Source: a bacterium (lineage in GTDB: Bacteria; Bacillota_I; Bacilli_A; RF39; UBA660). From it: a DNA stretch of 64,000 nucleotides. Where the stretch lies: contig JAQXOT010000019.1 of assembly GCA_029099845.1 (NCBI GenBank), forward strand, positions 13,733 to 77,732, given 5' to 3'. Below are positions 35,250-45,372 of this stretch, one piece after another (positions within the stretch are counted from its first letter, which is position 1; each line of letters opens with the position of its first letter). The notes beneath the pieces were generated by a model. The model was given only the letters and a program-made list of their open reading frames with translations, did no database searches and was not told the DNA's origin. Both the position numbers and the translations under genes were made by a program.

Positions 35250-36142
35250 TTCAGCAATTAGATAAGTATATTGATTATTTAAGATATGAGAAAAATTATT
35301 CGGATTATACCATTAATAGTTATAAAAGTGATATTTTAGAGTATTTTGATTATCTTAAGAAAGAAAATTTGGAGTATGATAAGATTGAATATGGAGATTT
35401 AAGATTTTATTTAATGTATTTAAAAGATGGTAAAGATGATCTTAATTCTTCTATTGATCGGAAGCTTAGCTCTTTACGTGGTTTTTATAATTATTTAGCT
35501 TTAAATGGAATTGTATCTAATAATGTTTTTTCTTTAATATCTGGTCTTAAGAAAGATAAAAAGTTACCTAGATATTTTGAGTATAATGAATTGGAAGAAC
35601 TTTTTAATGTTCCAGATCTTCGAATGCCACTAGGACAAAGGGATCGCTTAATTTTAGAGATGCTTTATGGTACTGGGGTTCGTGTTGGGGAGCTTGTTAA
35701 TATAAAGCTTGGAGATATTGATTTATCAAGAAAAATGATACTGATACTTGGAAAAGGAAATAAGGAACGAGAAGTTACATATGGAGATTACTGTGAAGAA
35801 GCTCTACGTTTGTATTTAAGTGATGGATATCAAAAAATTAATAAATATAATGAATCTTATTTATTTTTAAATAATAATGGACATCAAGTGAGTGAACGTG
35901 GAGTTAGATATGTACTTGATCAAATAATAAAGAAGACTAGCATTAATAAATCTATTTCGCCACATGTTTTGCGTCATTCTTTTGCGACGCATTTGCTAAA
36001 TGAAGGCTGTGATTTACTTACAGTTCAAAAGCTATTAGGGCATGAGAGCATTAGTGCAACACAAATATATACACATGTGTCTTCAGATCGATTAAAAGAG
36101 GTTTACTATAAGAGTTTTCCACGAGCAAAAAAGGATGATTAA
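35246..36142 (+). CDS. xerC: Chromosomal tyrosine recombinase XerC/CodV-type
   Basis: RDRLILEMLYGTGVRVGEL, GKGNKER, SPHVLRHSFATHLLN, LLGH.S..TQIYTHV; near topA as codV in Bacillus. Confidence 0.88.
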   Translation: MIQQLDKYIDYLRYEKNYSDYTINSYKSDILEYFDYLKKENLEYDKIEYGDLRFYLMYLKDGKDDLNSSIDRKLSSLRGFYNYLALNGIVSNNVFSLISGLKKDKKLPRYFEYNELEELFNVPDLRMPLGQRDRLILEMLYGTGVRVGELVNIKLGDIDLSRKMILILGKGNKEREVTYGDYCEEALRLYLSDGYQKINKYNESYLFLNNNGHQVSERGVRYVLDQIIKKTSINKSISPHVLRHSFATHLLNEGCDLLTVQKLLGHESISATQIYTHVSSDRLKEVYYKSFPRAKKDD

Positions 36143-36251
36143 GTTATTCTTTTTTATTTTGAGTAAAAAATAAACATTATATTATTGAAAAATAAAGAAA
36201 TTTTATTATTTCACTTTAACTTTCCTTTATTTTTAGCTATAATAAGTGTAG

Positions 36252-36563
36252 TTGTCGGAGGATGTGGTTTTTAGGATGGACTATAAGTTTTCAAGTAAGG
36301 AAGAACTTTATAAGAGAGTAGGTCCTGCTTTGCGAGCGAAAAAAGCTAATCTTGAAAGAGAGGGATATACATATATTACAGAAGTTGATATATGGAATTA
36401 TTTGATACAAGAGAAGTGGATAAAATCGCAAAATTTGATGCTTTGTGATATTGTTGATGATATTTTGAAAGCAGATAATGGCTTGATTGATGCTTATTTG
36501 AAAAAAAAATTAACTAGTGCTAAAAGAATACAATATTTCGATAAAGATTTAGAAATTTTATGA
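36252..36563 (+). CDS. Post-transcriptional regulator, ComN/YrzD-like
   Basis: ELYKRVGPALRAK..L...GY..ITE.DIWNYL...KW; upstream of secDF as in Bacillus. Confidence 0.75.
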   Translation: MSEDVVFRMDYKFSSKEELYKRVGPALRAKKANLEREGYTYITEVDIWNYLIQEKWIKSQNLMLCDIVDDILKADNGLIDAYLKKKLTSAKRIQYFDKDLEIL

Positions 36564-36573
36564 GGTGATTTAC

Positions 36574-38847
36574 ATGAAAAAAACTAAAGATAAAAAGGAA
36601 AAAAGGAAAGTATTATTTACTGCTATTATTTTAACTTTGTTTATTGTGGTAGTTGGCTTTTTATTTGTTCCTTTATTTGGTAATTTGAAATTTGGTTTAG
36701 ATTTACAAGGTGGCTTTGAAATTCTTTATAAAGTTGAATCAATTGATGGATCAAATATGACTAAGGATAAATTGATGGCAACTTATAAGACTTTGAGCAA
36801 AAGAATTGATAGTTTAGGTGTAAGCGAGCCAGAAATTATTTTAGAAGGTGATGATAAAATAAGAGTAAAGCTTGCTGGTGTTACGGATCCTGAACAAGCT
36901 CGTTCTCAGTTGTCGACTGTTGCGACATTATCTTTTAGAGATTCAGAAGATAATTTATTGATGACTAGTGATGTTTTAAAGGCTGGTGGTGCTAAAGTAA
37001 GTGCTGATTCTTCTGGAAATCCGGCTGTATTATTATCAGTAAAAGATAAAGATAAATTCTATGAAGTTACCAATGCTGTTAAAGATTATGATACAAATAT
37101 GATTGTTATTTGGTTAGATTATAATGAAATGACAGACAGTTTTGCTAAAGAAGGTAACAAATGTGGTACTAGTGAGAGCAATTGTTTAAGTGCAGCTACT
37201 GTTTCACAGGGCTTTGCTAGTGATGTTATTATTCAAGGTAATTTTACTGATGAAGAAGTAAGCAATTTGGTTGATTTAATTAATAGTGGTTCACTTCCTA
37301 GTAAGTTAACAGAAATTTCTTCTAAAACTGTTGGTGCATCATTTGGTGATGATACTTTAAGCAAAACACTTATTGCCGGAATTGTTGGTATTGCTTTAAT
37401 TGGAATAGTATTAATTGCTATTTATCATTTTGCAGGCTTTATTTCAACTATTTCCATTATTTTATATACATTTTTAGTATTTTTAGTTTTCTGGGTAGTT
37501 GGTGGGGTTTTAACATTGCCAGGAATTGCAGCTTTAGTATTAGGAATTGGTATGGCTGTTGATTCTAATGTGATTACTTTTGCTAGAATTAAGGAAGAAT
37601 TATATAAAGGTAAAAGTTTACCACTAGCCTTTAAAGAAGGTACTAAAAGTAGTTTTAGAGCAATTTTAGATTCAAATTTAACGACCTTAATAGTTGCTAT
37701 TATTATGTTTATATTTGGTGAATCTAGTATTAAAGGGTTCGCAACTATGACAATTATTACAGTAGTTGTAACAATGTTTACAATGGTATTTATAACTAGG
37801 TGGTTAATGAAATTGTTTGTAAAGACAAATTTCTTTAATGATAAGAGTAATTTATTTATTGCAGTTAAGAAAGAAGATATTCCTAATGTTTCTAAAAATG
37901 AAACTATAAAGAAAAGACCTTTGTCTAATGTTAATTTTTTAAAGAATCGTAAGATTTTCTTTTCTGCTTCAGTATTGGTAATATTAATTGGAGCAGTAAC
38001 AATTTTCTTTTGTGGACTTAATTTAGGTATAGATTATAAAGCCGGAACAGATATTACTATATCTACGGAAGAAAAATTAACGGAAGAAAAACTTAAAGCT
38101 GATTTAAAAGAATTAAGCCTTGAGAGTACAAATATTGAAATAACTGATAATGAGGCTATTATTAGAATTGATGATGCTTTAGATGGTGAAAATGTAAAAG
38201 AAGTAAATAGTTATTTTGAAGCTAAATATGCAGCAAAAGTTAATATTGGAGTTGTATCTAATATAGTAAAAAAAGAGTTAGTAAAGAATGCAATTATTTC
38301 TATATTAGTAGCATTGATTGGCATTATTATTTATGTTTCACTTCGTTTTAAATTTAGCTATGCCGTTAGTGGTGTTATTGCTTTAATCCACGATGTTGCA
38401 ATTATGTTTTCATTATTTGGAATTTTCCAATTAGAGGTTTCATCAATGTTTATAGCAGCTTTATTGGCTATTATTGGTTATTCAATAAATGATACGATTG
38501 TTACATTTGATAGAATTAGAGAAAATTTAGCTAAAGAGGATAAAGTTACTGAAGATAAATTAGAAGAAGTGGCAAATAGAAGTATTCAGGAAACTTTTAG
38601 TCGTACTATTTATACTTCACTTACAACATTAATTCCTGTTGTAGCACTTATATTTTTAGGCTCAAAAGAAATTCTAACTTTTAACTTAGCAATGTTATTT
38701 GGTTTAATTTCAGGAACTTATTCATCTATATTTATTTCTGTTGCTATTTTTGTAGCTATTGAGAAAAAAAGTTTAGGTAAGAAAAAAGTAAAAAAAGTTT
38801 ATACTGATGAGTTTGAGGAAAAGAAAATTAAGGGTATTAACTGTTAA
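36574..38847 (+). CDS. secDF: Fused protein translocase subunit SecDF
   Basis: LKFGLDLQGG, RIDSLGVSEP, GMAVDSNV..F.RIKEE, LGIDYKAG, GYSINDTIVTFDRIRE. Confidence 0.97.
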   Translation: MKKTKDKKEKRKVLFTAIILTLFIVVVGFLFVPLFGNLKFGLDLQGGFEILYKVESIDGSNMTKDKLMATYKTLSKRIDSLGVSEPEIILEGDDKIRVKLAGVTDPEQARSQLSTVATLSFRDSEDNLLMTSDVLKAGGAKVSADSSGNPAVLLSVKDKDKFYEVTNAVKDYDTNMIVIWLDYNEMTDSFAKEGNKCGTSESNCLSAATVSQGFASDVIIQGNFTDEEVSNLVDLINSGSLPSKLTEISSKTVGASFGDDTLSKTLIAGIVGIALIGIVLIAIYHFAGFISTISIILYTFLVFLVFWVVGGVLTLPGIAALVLGIGMAVDSNVITFARIKEELYKGKSLPLAFKEGTKSSFRAILDSNLTTLIVAIIMFIFGESSIKGFATMTIITVVVTMFTMVFITRWLMKLFVKTNFFNDKSNLFIAVKKEDIPNVSKNETIKKRPLSNVNFLKNRKIFFSASVLVILIGAVTIFFCGLNLGIDYKAGTDITISTEEKLTEEKLKADLKELSLESTNIEITDNEAIIRIDDALDGENVKEVNSYFEAKYAAKVNIGVVSNIVKKELVKNAIISILVALIGIIIYVSLRFKFSYAVSGVIALIHDVAIMFSLFGIFQLEVSSMFIAALLAIIGYSINDTIVTFDRIRENLAKEDKVTEDKLEEVANRSIQETFSRTIYTSLTTLIPVVALIFLGSKEILTFNLAMLFGLISGTYSSIFISVAIFVAIEKKSLGKKKVKKVYTDEFEEKKIKGINC

Positions 38848-38864
38848 CGAGGGGAGGAATTCCT

Positions 38865-41018
38865 ACGTCAAAGGGTAAAGATAATATCAGTTTTGCTGAT
38901 GTTTTAGAAAAAGTAAAAGGTTATATAGAAGATGAGAAGCAAATTGAAGTCATTAAGAAGGCTTATGAGTTTGCTTCTCTTAAACATAGTGGACAATTTC
39001 GAAAAAGTGGTGAACCTTATATTGTTCATCCTTTGAATGTTGCGGCTATTTTAACAACAATCTATGCTGATTATGAAACTATATCTGCGGGACTTTTACA
39101 TGATGTTTTAGAAGACTGTGATTGTACTGATGAGGAAATGGAAGATATTTTTGGTCGAGAAATTACTAAACTTGTTCAAGGAGTTACAAAACTTAGTAAA
39201 ATTCATTTTTCAACTGAAAATGAATATTTAATAGATTATTATAAAAAAATTATTGTAGGAATGAGTGAAGATGTTAGAGTAATTATTATTAAATTAGCTG
39301 ATCGACTTCATAATATGCGAACTTTGTGGGCTATTCCTGAAGATCGACAAAAAGTAAAAGCTCGTGAGGCTTTAGAAATTTTAGCACCGATTGCTCATCA
39401 TTTAGGTATTCATAAAATAAAAAGCGAATTAGAAGATTTGTCACTTCGTTATTTGAAACCAGATGTATTTTATGATATTGCGGAAAAGTTAAATAAAACA
39501 AAGCTTGAGCGTGATAAAACAGTTTATGACATGCAAAAAGAGGTAAGTAGTTTACTTAATGAGCATCATATTAACCATGAAATAAAGGGAAGAGCTAAGA
39601 GTATTTATAGTATTTATAATAAGCTTGATAAAGGTAAAAAATTTAGTGATATATATGATTTATTGGCACTTCGTATTTTAGTTAATACAGAGCAAGAATG
39701 TTATTTGGCACTAGGAATTATCCATTCAAAATTTAGGCCATTGCCAAAAAGATTTAAAGACTATATTGCAATGCCTAAACCTAATATGTATCAGTCTTTG
39801 CATACCACAGTATTTGGAATTGATGGTTATTTATTTGAAATTCAAATTCGTACTTATGATATGGATGAAGTGGCAGAAAATGGTATTGCTTCACATTGGG
39901 CTTATAAGGAAAATGGTGGTTCCAAAACTACGGCTAATTTGCAGACAACAACGGAGCAAAAGTTACAATTCTTTAAGTCAATTATAGATTTAAGTAAAGA
40001 TAAGATGAGTAGCGAAGATTTTGTTAATAGTGTTAAAGATGAAGTATTAAATAATAATATATATGTTTTTACACCTAAGGGTGATGTAATAGAATTGCCT
40101 AAAGGGGCAACTCCTCTTGATTTTGCTTATAAAATACATACAAAAGTAGGAGAAACAACAGTTGGAGCGATTGTTAATAATAATATAGTTCCACTTAACT
40201 ATGAATTAAAAGATAATGATATTGTTAAAATTAATACTAATAAGAATTCCACTCCATCTAAGGAATGGATTAATATGGTTAAGGCTACTCAAACTAAAAA
40301 TAAGATTCGTAGTTTTTTTACTAAAAATGAAAGAGAAATTTATATTGAACGTGGTAAATATAGTTTGGAAAAAGAGTTGCGAAAAAGGAAAATTGTTTTC
40401 AGTGAATTCTTTAGTGATGAGAATGTTAAGCAAATATGTGAAAATTTCAAACTTGATGATTTGGAGGATATTTATTTAGTTGCAGGTAACGGAAGGATTG
40501 CTGTTAATGCAATAATTAATTTTATTGATAAAACTGAGGAATCACCGGCACCAAAAACAGTTAAAATTTCTTCTAGTAGTACGGATGCCGATATTATTGT
40601 TAGTGGCATTGATAAGATAAAAGTTAATTTGGCTAATTGCTGTAATCCAATTTATGGGGATGAAATTGTTGGTTATATTACTAAAGGTAATGGTATAAGC
40701 GTTCATAGAATGAACTGTCATAATTTATCAATGCTTGAAGATAGAACTCTTGAAGTATCTTGGAATTCGAATGTTAATAAACGTTATTTAACTTCACTTT
40801 TAATTTATACAAATAGTAGTGAAAATAATATGCTAAATTTAATGCAGTCAATATCTATGCTTAATGTCAGTGTTGATGAAATTAAGACTATAACGCGTGG
40901 TGAAAATTGTATATATGAAGTTAGTTGCTATGTTACAGGAATAGAGCAACTTAATAAAGTTTTTACTGCAATAAATAAAAATGTATTTGTAGATAAAGTT
41001 GAAAGGATAATGAGATGA
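38865..41018 (+). CDS. relA: Bifunctional (p)ppGpp synthetase/hydrolase Rel (apparent ACG start)
   Basis: HD (AGLLHDV), synthetase, TGS, ZFD and ACT motifs. The conserved HSGQFRKSGEPYIVHP lies upstream of track start 39033, in frame, with no ATG/GTG/TTG before it; GGAGG-N7-ACG at 38865. Confidence 0.93.
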   Translation, partial: TSKGKDNISFADVLEKVKGYIEDEKQIEVIKKAYEFASLKHSGQFRKSGEPYIVHPLNVAAILTTIYADYETISAGLLHDVLEDCDCTDEEMEDIFGREITKLVQGVTKLSKIHFSTENEYLIDYYKKIIVGMSEDVRVIIIKLADRLHNMRTLWAIPEDRQKVKAREALEILAPIAHHLGIHKIKSELEDLSLRYLKPDVFYDIAEKLNKTKLERDKTVYDMQKEVSSLLNEHHINHEIKGRAKSIYSIYNKLDKGKKFSDIYDLLALRILVNTEQECYLALGIIHSKFRPLPKRFKDYIAMPKPNMYQSLHTTVFGIDGYLFEIQIRTYDMDEVAENGIASHWAYKENGGSKTTANLQTTTEQKLQFFKSIIDLSKDKMSSEDFVNSVKDEVLNNNIYVFTPKGDVIELPKGATPLDFAYKIHTKVGETTVGAIVNNNIVPLNYELKDNDIVKINTNKNSTPSKEWINMVKATQTKNKIRSFFTKNEREIYIERGKYSLEKELRKRKIVFSEFFSDENVKQICENFKLDDLEDIYLVAGNGRIAVNAIINFIDKTEESPAPKTVKISSSSTDADIIVSGIDKIKVNLANCCNPIYGDEIVGYITKGNGISVHRMNCHNLSMLEDRTLEVSWNSNVNKRYLTSLLIYTNSSENNMLNLMQSISMLNVSVDEIKTITRGENCIYEVSCYVTGIEQLNKVFTAINKNVFVDKVERIMR

Positions 41019-41449
41019 GAGTTTTGGTTCAAAGAAGTGGCCCAGCTTCAGTTAAAGTTTTAGATGAAGTAATTGGTAAAATAGATTATGGTTTGGTTTT
41101 ATTAGTTGGTTTTACTGATGGTGATACAAGAGAAAAGGTAGAGTATTTGGCGAGAAAAGTTGTAAATTTGCGAATATTTCCTGATGATGAGGGGATTATG
41201 AATAAAAGTCTTCTTGATGTTTCGGGAAGTGTTCTTTCTATTTCTCAGTTTACTTTATATGCTAATTGTAGTAAAGGAAATAGACCAAGCTATATTGAAG
41301 CTATGAAAAATGATGAGGCCATTAAATTTTATGAGATGTTTAATGAAGAACTTAGAAAGTATGTAAATGTCGAAGTTGGTAAATTTGGGGCTGATATGGA
41401 TGTTAGTATTACTAATATAGGTCCTACTACTATTTGGTTAGAAAAATAA
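41015..41449 (+). CDS. dtd: D-aminoacyl-tRNA deacylase
   Basis: MRVLVQR, SQFTLYA, KGNRPSY, GKFGADM, NIGPTT. Confidence 0.97.
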   Translation: MRVLVQRSGPASVKVLDEVIGKIDYGLVLLVGFTDGDTREKVEYLARKVVNLRIFPDDEGIMNKSLLDVSGSVLSISQFTLYANCSKGNRPSYIEAMKNDEAIKFYEMFNEELRKYVNVEVGKFGADMDVSITNIGPTTIWLEK

Positions 41450-41507
41450 TTTAGTAATAGTAAATTTATTTGATTGCTTATTTTTAAGTTTTGATTTATA
41501 ATAAATG

Positions 41508-41699
41508 TAACTTCTTGGGAAAGAGTAGATTTTAATGTTTTTTTAGAGAGAATATGGTTGGTGAGAATATTCATTATATTAGTGTCGAAGACATCCTAGT
41601 TTATAGAAGCGTGTTACTACGATAAAGGTTTAAAGAGTAAAAAAAGAGGTGGCACCACGGAGCAATTCGTCCTTTGTTGAGGCCATCTTTTTATTTTTT
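41508..41699 (+). promoter_or_regulatory. T-box riboswitch (Asp specifier) for the hisS-aspS operon
   Basis: Promoter TTGCTT-N17-TATAAT; AGAGAG/GGTTGGTGAGA; GAA-GAC specifier (GAC at 41590-92); GAGGTGGCACCACG at 41646-59 (UGGC pairs with tRNA-Asp GCCA). Confidence 0.88.
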
Positions 41700-41708
41700 G
41701 GAGGTATT

Positions 41709-42110
41709 ATGGATATAGGAGAGAGGCTCCACATTTATAAAGGTATATTGGGGAATAAAAATAATTCGGTTGAAATGAGATTTGTGCTTGTTAAGGCTTT
41801 TCGTGATAATAATTATGGCGAAAATCTTTATAGAGGATTTAGATTTGATAATGAAGCACTAGCTAATTTAGAGGACGGAGAAGTATGTGAAGACTTGACA
41901 ACTACTTATAGTGATGTCAGCGATAGTTTTCGAGAATCTATTTTTGTTAGGTTAGTAGATAGTAAGTATTTTTGTGATGTGCTTGATAATTATTGTGTTT
42001 GTACTTTAGTTCCAGAAAATAATTATGAGGTTTATCATGGATGTGTTGGAGTTTCGAAGATTGAGCCGAAAGAGTTAGTTAAATTTAAGAGTTCTGATAG
42101 GAGGAGATAA
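41709..42110 (+). CDS. Hypothetical protein between the Asp T-box and hisS
   Basis: 133-aa ORF from ATG 41709 (SD GGAGGT); track start 41649 lies inside the T-box motif. Confidence 0.7.
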   Translation: MDIGERLHIYKGILGNKNNSVEMRFVLVKAFRDNNYGENLYRGFRFDNEALANLEDGEVCEDLTTTYSDVSDSFRESIFVRLVDSKYFCDVLDNYCVCTLVPENNYEVYHGCVGVSKIEPKELVKFKSSDRRR

Positions 42111-42111
42111 T

Positions 42112-43530
42112 ATGATACAAAGACAAAAAGGCTGTAATGATATTTTTGGCAGGGAAGCAAAAATTTGGAAATATGTAGAAAGCGTTGTTGATGCAACGAT
42201 GGAAAAATATAATTATAATTACATTAGAACACCAATATTTGAAGCAACAGAATTATTTCATAGAGGTATTGGTGAAGGAACTGATATTGTTTCTAAAGAA
42301 ACATATGATTTTGTTGATAGAGGTGGAAGAAAGATAACACTACGACCAGAAGGTACAGCTGGAGTTGTTAGAAGTTATATTGAAAATAAGATGTATGGAA
42401 ATCCTAATCAACCAGTTAAAGTTTATTATAATGGGACAATGTATCGTTATGAGAGACCACAATCTGGTAGAGATAGGGAACTTACACAGTTTGGTGTTGA
42501 AGTTTTGGGAAGCGATGATCCATTAACTGATGCAGAAGTTATTTCTTTAGCAGTTAATATCTATAAAATGCTAGGTTTGAAGGAGATTAAAGTTAATATT
42601 AATTCTTTAGGTGATAATGAATCTAGAAATAATTATCGTGAGGCTTTAGTTGAATATTTTAAACCACATATTGGTGAATTATGTGAAGATTGTCAGATGA
42701 GATTTGAAAAAAATCCTTTGCGTATTTTAGATTGTAAAGTTGATGCTGATAATGAAATTTTAAAGAATGCTCCTAAAACAATTGATTATTTAAATGAAGA
42801 ATCTAAAAAAAGGTTTGACGAAGTAAAAGATTATTTGGATATAATGCAAATTGAATATGAAGTTAATCCTAATATAGTAAGAGGTCTTGATTATTATAAT
42901 CATACAGTATTTGAAATAGAGGCTAAAGTTAAGGGCTTTGGTTCAAATAATGTTATTGGTGCTGGTGGAAGATATAATGGTCTTTGTGATCAGTTGGATG
43001 GGCCACAAACTTCATGTGTTGGTTTTGCTTCAGGAATAGGAAGAATTGTTATGGCTCTTGAACTTGAAGAAGTAAAAATACCGATAGTTGAAGATATTGA
43101 TTTATTTTTAATGTATGTTAATGATGATGAAAAAAAATATGCAGCTTATTTAGCTCAAGAATTACGTTTGGCTGGTTTTATTGTTGAAACGGAATATAAT
43201 AATCGTAGTTTAAAGGGACAATTTAAACAAGCTGATCGATTAAATGCTAAATATATTGCAGTGCTTAATAGTGAAGATTTAGATAATAATGAGATTAAAA
43301 TTAAAAATAATAAAACTAAAGAAGAAGATATTATTAGTTTGGATGCTTTGATTTATTATCTAGATGAAAAAATTAATGCTTCTCTTGATGAGTTTGATGA
43401 TTATTGTGATTGTTGCGATGATGATTATTGTGGAGATGATTGTCACTGTGGAGATGATTGTCATTGTGGAGATGATTGTCATTGTGGAGATAAGACACAT
43501 GATTTTTGCAGTCATGATGAAGAAAAATAG
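42112..43530 (+). CDS. hisS: Histidine--tRNA ligase with Cys/His/Asp-rich C-terminal tail
   Basis: TPIFEATELF, LRPEGTAG, YRYERPQ, VRGLDYY, GAGGRY. Confidence 0.98.
   Translation: MIQRQKGCNDIFGREAKIWKYVESVVDATMEKYNYNYIRTPIFEATELFHRGIGEGTDIVSKETYDFVDRGGRKITLRPEGTAGVVRSYIENKMYGNPNQPVKVYYNGTMYRYERPQSGRDRELTQFGVEVLGSDDPLTDAEVISLAVNIYKMLGLKEIKVNINSLGDNESRNNYREALVEYFKPHIGELCEDCQMRFEKNPLRILDCKVDADNEILKNAPKTIDYLNEESKKRFDEVKDYLDIMQIEYEVNPNIVRGLDYYNHTVFEIEAKVKGFGSNNVIGAGGRYNGLCDQLDGPQTSCVGFASGIGRIVMALELEEVKIPIVEDIDLFLMYVNDDEKKYAAYLAQELRLAGFIVETEYNNRSLKGQFKQADRLNAKYIAVLNSEDLDNNEIKIKNNKTKEEDIISLDALIYYLDEKINASLDEFDDYCDCCDDDYCGDDCHCGDDCHCGDDCHCGDKTHDFCSHDEEK
43429..43491 (+). repeat. 18-bp tandem repeat (3.5 copies) encoding CGDDCH
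   Basis: TGTGGAGATGATTGTCAY at 43429, 43447 and 43465, partial copy at 43483. Confidence 0.95.
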
Positions 43531-43539
43531 GAGGTATAT

Positions 43540-45285
43540 ATGAAAACAATTAATAATGGCAGTTTAAATATTAATAATGTTTCTGATGTTGTTGAACTTT
43601 ATGGTTGGGTTCAAAAGAAACGCGATCTTGGTGGAGTTGTGTTTATTGATTTAAGAGATAGAAGTGGAATTGTTCAGGTTGTTGTTAGAGATGGTTCTAG
43701 TTTTTATGATTTGGCTGCATCCTTAAAAAGTGAGTCAGTATTAAGAGTAGAGGGAATTGTTCGGGAAAGAGAAAGCAAAAATCTTAATATTCCAACAGGT
43801 GAGATTGAAATTGAAGTTAGTAATTTAGAATTATTAAATTCAAGTAAGGATCTTCCTTTTGAAATAAGTGATGATACAACAGCCTTAGAAGATACTAGAT
43901 TAAAATATCGTTATCTTGATCTTCGTCGTAGTAGTGTTTCTAATAATTTAATAGTTAGACATAAAATTACTATGGCAATTAGAAACTTTTTGGATAAGGA
44001 AGGTTTCTTGGAAGTAGAAACGCCTATTTTATGTAAGTCAACGCCAGAAGGAGCTAGAGATTATTTAGTACCTAGTAGAGTAAATAAGGGAAAGTTTTAT
44101 GCTTTACCACAATCTCCTCAAATATTTAAACAACTTTTAATGGTTGGTGGAATTGAAAAATATTTTCAAATTGCTCGTTGTTTTAGAGATGAAGATTTAA
44201 GAGCTGATCGCCAGCCAGAATTTACGCAAGTTGATTTGGAAATGAGTTTTGTTGATCAAGAAGATGTAATGACTTTGACAGAAAGGTTAATTGCTTATCT
44301 TTTTAAAGAAATTAAAGGGATTGAGATTAAATTACCACTTAAGAGAATGCTATATGATGATGCTATAGATAAATATGGCTCTGATAAGCCAGATTTAAGA
44401 TTTGGTCTTGAAATAAATGATATTACTGAGATATTTAAAAATACTACTTTTACGGTATTTAAGAATGTAATCGAAAATGATGGTGTGATAAATTGTCTTG
44501 TTCTTAAGAATAAGGCTAGTGAATATTCTCGCAAAAGTTTGGATCAATTAACAGAATTTGTCAAAACATATAAGGCTAGTGGACTTGCTTATTTAAAGTT
44601 TGGTGAAGAAATTTCTGGTAGTATTGCAAAGGTTTTAACTGATATAGAAATTAATGCTTTAAAAGAGCAATTATCTTTAGTGGATAATGATTTAGTGTTA
44701 ATTGTTGCGGATAATAAAAAGAGTATTGTTAAAACATCTCTTGGAGCTTTACGCTCTAAATTAGCAAGGGATCTTAATTTAATTAATAAAGATGATTACA
44801 AATTATTGTGGGTAACTAAGTTTCCTTCATTTGAATATAGTGAAGAAGAAGGAAGGTATGTAGCTTGTCATCATCCATTTACGGCTCCACTTGACAGTGA
44901 TGTTGATAAGTTGATAAATGATAAAGCTCATTGTTATTCTAAGGCTTATGATATTGTAATAAATGGTTATGAAGCTGGTGGTGGTTCTATTCGTATTCAT
45001 AATGAAGAAGTTCAAAATAAAATGTTTGAAGCTTTAGAATTATCAGAGGATGATATAAAAAATAAATTTGGTTTCTTTGTTGAAGCATTAAAGTATGGAA
45101 CTCCACCACATGGTGGTTTGGCACTTGGTCTTGACAGATTAACAATGCTATTTACGGGAACAGAAAATATTAGAGATGTTATTGCTTTCCCAAAGACAGC
45201 CTCTGCTTCATGTTTAATGAGTGAATGTCCAAATGTGGTTGCTGATAAGCAATTAGATGATCTTAATATTTCGATAAAAGAATAG
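43540..45285 (+). CDS. aspS: Aspartate--tRNA ligase
   Basis: FIDLRDRSG, LKYRYLDLRR, YALPQSPQ, DLRADRQPEFTQ, PPHGGLALGLDR. Confidence 0.98.
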   Translation: MKTINNGSLNINNVSDVVELYGWVQKKRDLGGVVFIDLRDRSGIVQVVVRDGSSFYDLAASLKSESVLRVEGIVRERESKNLNIPTGEIEIEVSNLELLNSSKDLPFEISDDTTALEDTRLKYRYLDLRRSSVSNNLIVRHKITMAIRNFLDKEGFLEVETPILCKSTPEGARDYLVPSRVNKGKFYALPQSPQIFKQLLMVGGIEKYFQIARCFRDEDLRADRQPEFTQVDLEMSFVDQEDVMTLTERLIAYLFKEIKGIEIKLPLKRMLYDDAIDKYGSDKPDLRFGLEINDITEIFKNTTFTVFKNVIENDGVINCLVLKNKASEYSRKSLDQLTEFVKTYKASGLAYLKFGEEISGSIAKVLTDIEINALKEQLSLVDNDLVLIVADNKKSIVKTSLGALRSKLARDLNLINKDDYKLLWVTKFPSFEYSEEEGRYVACHHPFTAPLDSDVDKLINDKAHCYSKAYDIVINGYEAGGGSIRIHNEEVQNKMFEALELSEDDIKNKFGFFVEALKYGTPPHGGLALGLDRLTMLFTGTENIRDVIAFPKTASASCLMSECPNVVADKQLDDLNISIKE

Positions 45286-45310
45286 TTGCTTAAATGCAAC
45301 TTTTTCTTTA
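45284..45310 (+). terminator. Terminator after aspS
   Basis: AGTTGC-ttaaat-GCAACT plus T run. Confidence 0.6.
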
Positions 45311-45372
45311 TTGGTATATGATTTTTTTACACTTTATGATATACTTGGTAATAATAAGTAATTGGTGATAAC

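Noticed and set aside
35246-36142. Tyrosine recombinase as a prophage or island integrase
   Set aside because: It sits at the conserved topA-codV/xerC position, has Xer-type length and motifs, and has no mobile cargo or att sites nearby.
43429-43491. 18-bp repeats as a CRISPR array
   Set aside because: Head-to-tail with no spacers, in frame inside hisS, and no cas genes.
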